Shown piece by piece: positions 63,248 through 64,000 of a stretch of 64,000 nucleotides of DNA. Position numbers and translations under genes: made by a program. Each line of letters begins with the position of its first letter. Position 1 is the stretch's first letter. The DNA comes from Macrostomum lignano. Its lineage: Eukaryota. The notes beneath the pieces were generated by a model. The model was not told where the DNA came from, did no database searches, and worked only from the letters and a program-made list of their open reading frames with translations. The DNA lies in NCBI GenBank assembly GCA_002269645.1, contig NIVC01000344.1, positions 124,001 to 188,000 of the forward strand. Reading direction: 5' to 3'.

Positions 63248-64000
63248 CGAGGGTTGTGTCAAAAATTCGCTGACAACTGCAAATATCAAAGAAACAAAAC
63301 AAAGAACAGCTAATTGTCAACATTGCACTTCTCAACATAGTCACCCCCAAGCTGCACACATTTGTGCCATCTCTCTGGCAGCTTGCTGATGCCCTGGGCG
63401 AAGAATTCCGTGGGGGTCCCTCGTACCCACTGGCTGATGGCCGAGCTGAGTGCAGAAAGGCTTCCATAGCGATGGCCACGAAGAGGCTCTTTCATTTTAG
63501 GGAACAACCAGTAGTCACTAGGGGCCAGGTCAGGAGAATAGGCAGGGTGAGGCAGCAACTCGAAGCCTAGTCTCCTGATGGCATCCATAGTTGCATTGCA
63601 GGTATGCGGCCTGGCGTTGTCCTGCTGCAGCACAGTGCCCCTGGTGATCCTTCCCCGGCGCTCACTCTTGATCTTCTCACGCAGCCGTTCCAATATTTCA
63701 CAGTAGTACTGGGCATTGATGGTTCTGCCTTCAGGTAGCCACTCGATCAGCAAGATGCCTTCTCTGTCCCAGAACACGGTGGCCATGCGCTTACCTGCTG
63801 ACTGCACCGCCTTGGCCTTGACCGGTGGGGGTTCGTGAGTAGCCTTCCAGACGCTGCTCTGCTGTTTTGTTTCCGGTTCGTAGAAGTGAAACCACGTTTC
63901 ATCACCAGTCACCAGGCGGCCAAGAAAGTCGGGCTCGTTTTGATAGGCGTTGAGCAGGTGGCGGCACATCTGGACCCTCTCTTGCAGTTGGACAGGAGTC
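63248..64000 (-). mobile_element. Mariner (DD34D) transposon, 3' portion; ORF 63310 to window edge
   Basis: VTGDETWFHFYEPETKQQS, QQDNARPH, HPAYSPDLAPSDYWLF with exactly 34 residues between the last two Asp; TA at 63246-63247 followed by TIR-like CGAGGGTTGTGTCAAAAATT; frame open to base 64000. Confidence 0.93.

Overview
Eukaryotic (invertebrate animal) genomic DNA with GC-rich spliced exons, AT-rich spacers and a very high load of unrelated minisatellites. The style resembles the flatworm Macrostomum, which is an inference and not proven. Four recognisable genes lie on the minus strand, in transcription order SNW1/Prp45, TTC29, WDR88 and a large HCN (Ih) channel gene. I also reconstruct a probable small spliced gene with a C2-like domain between SNW1 and TTC29. 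Mobile DNA comprises a truncated RTE-like LINE inserted in a minisatellite, tRNA-derived CORE-like SINEs, a second SINE-like family, a decayed Tc1 transposase, an apparently intact mariner running off the right edge, and several MITE-like inverted repeats. Highlights: (1) the HCN gene carries three tandem, intact 150-nt paralogous S4-S5-linker/S5 exons that look mutually exclusive and differ at residues known to control HCN gating; (2) a ~1.5-kb CpG desert contains a SINE copy hypermutated almost only by C>T/G>A changes in CpG and CpA contexts; (3) many introns are inflated by their own private minisatellite, some built from splice-site sequence. All exon structures were derived by hand from splice signals and reading frame and need RNA confirmation.
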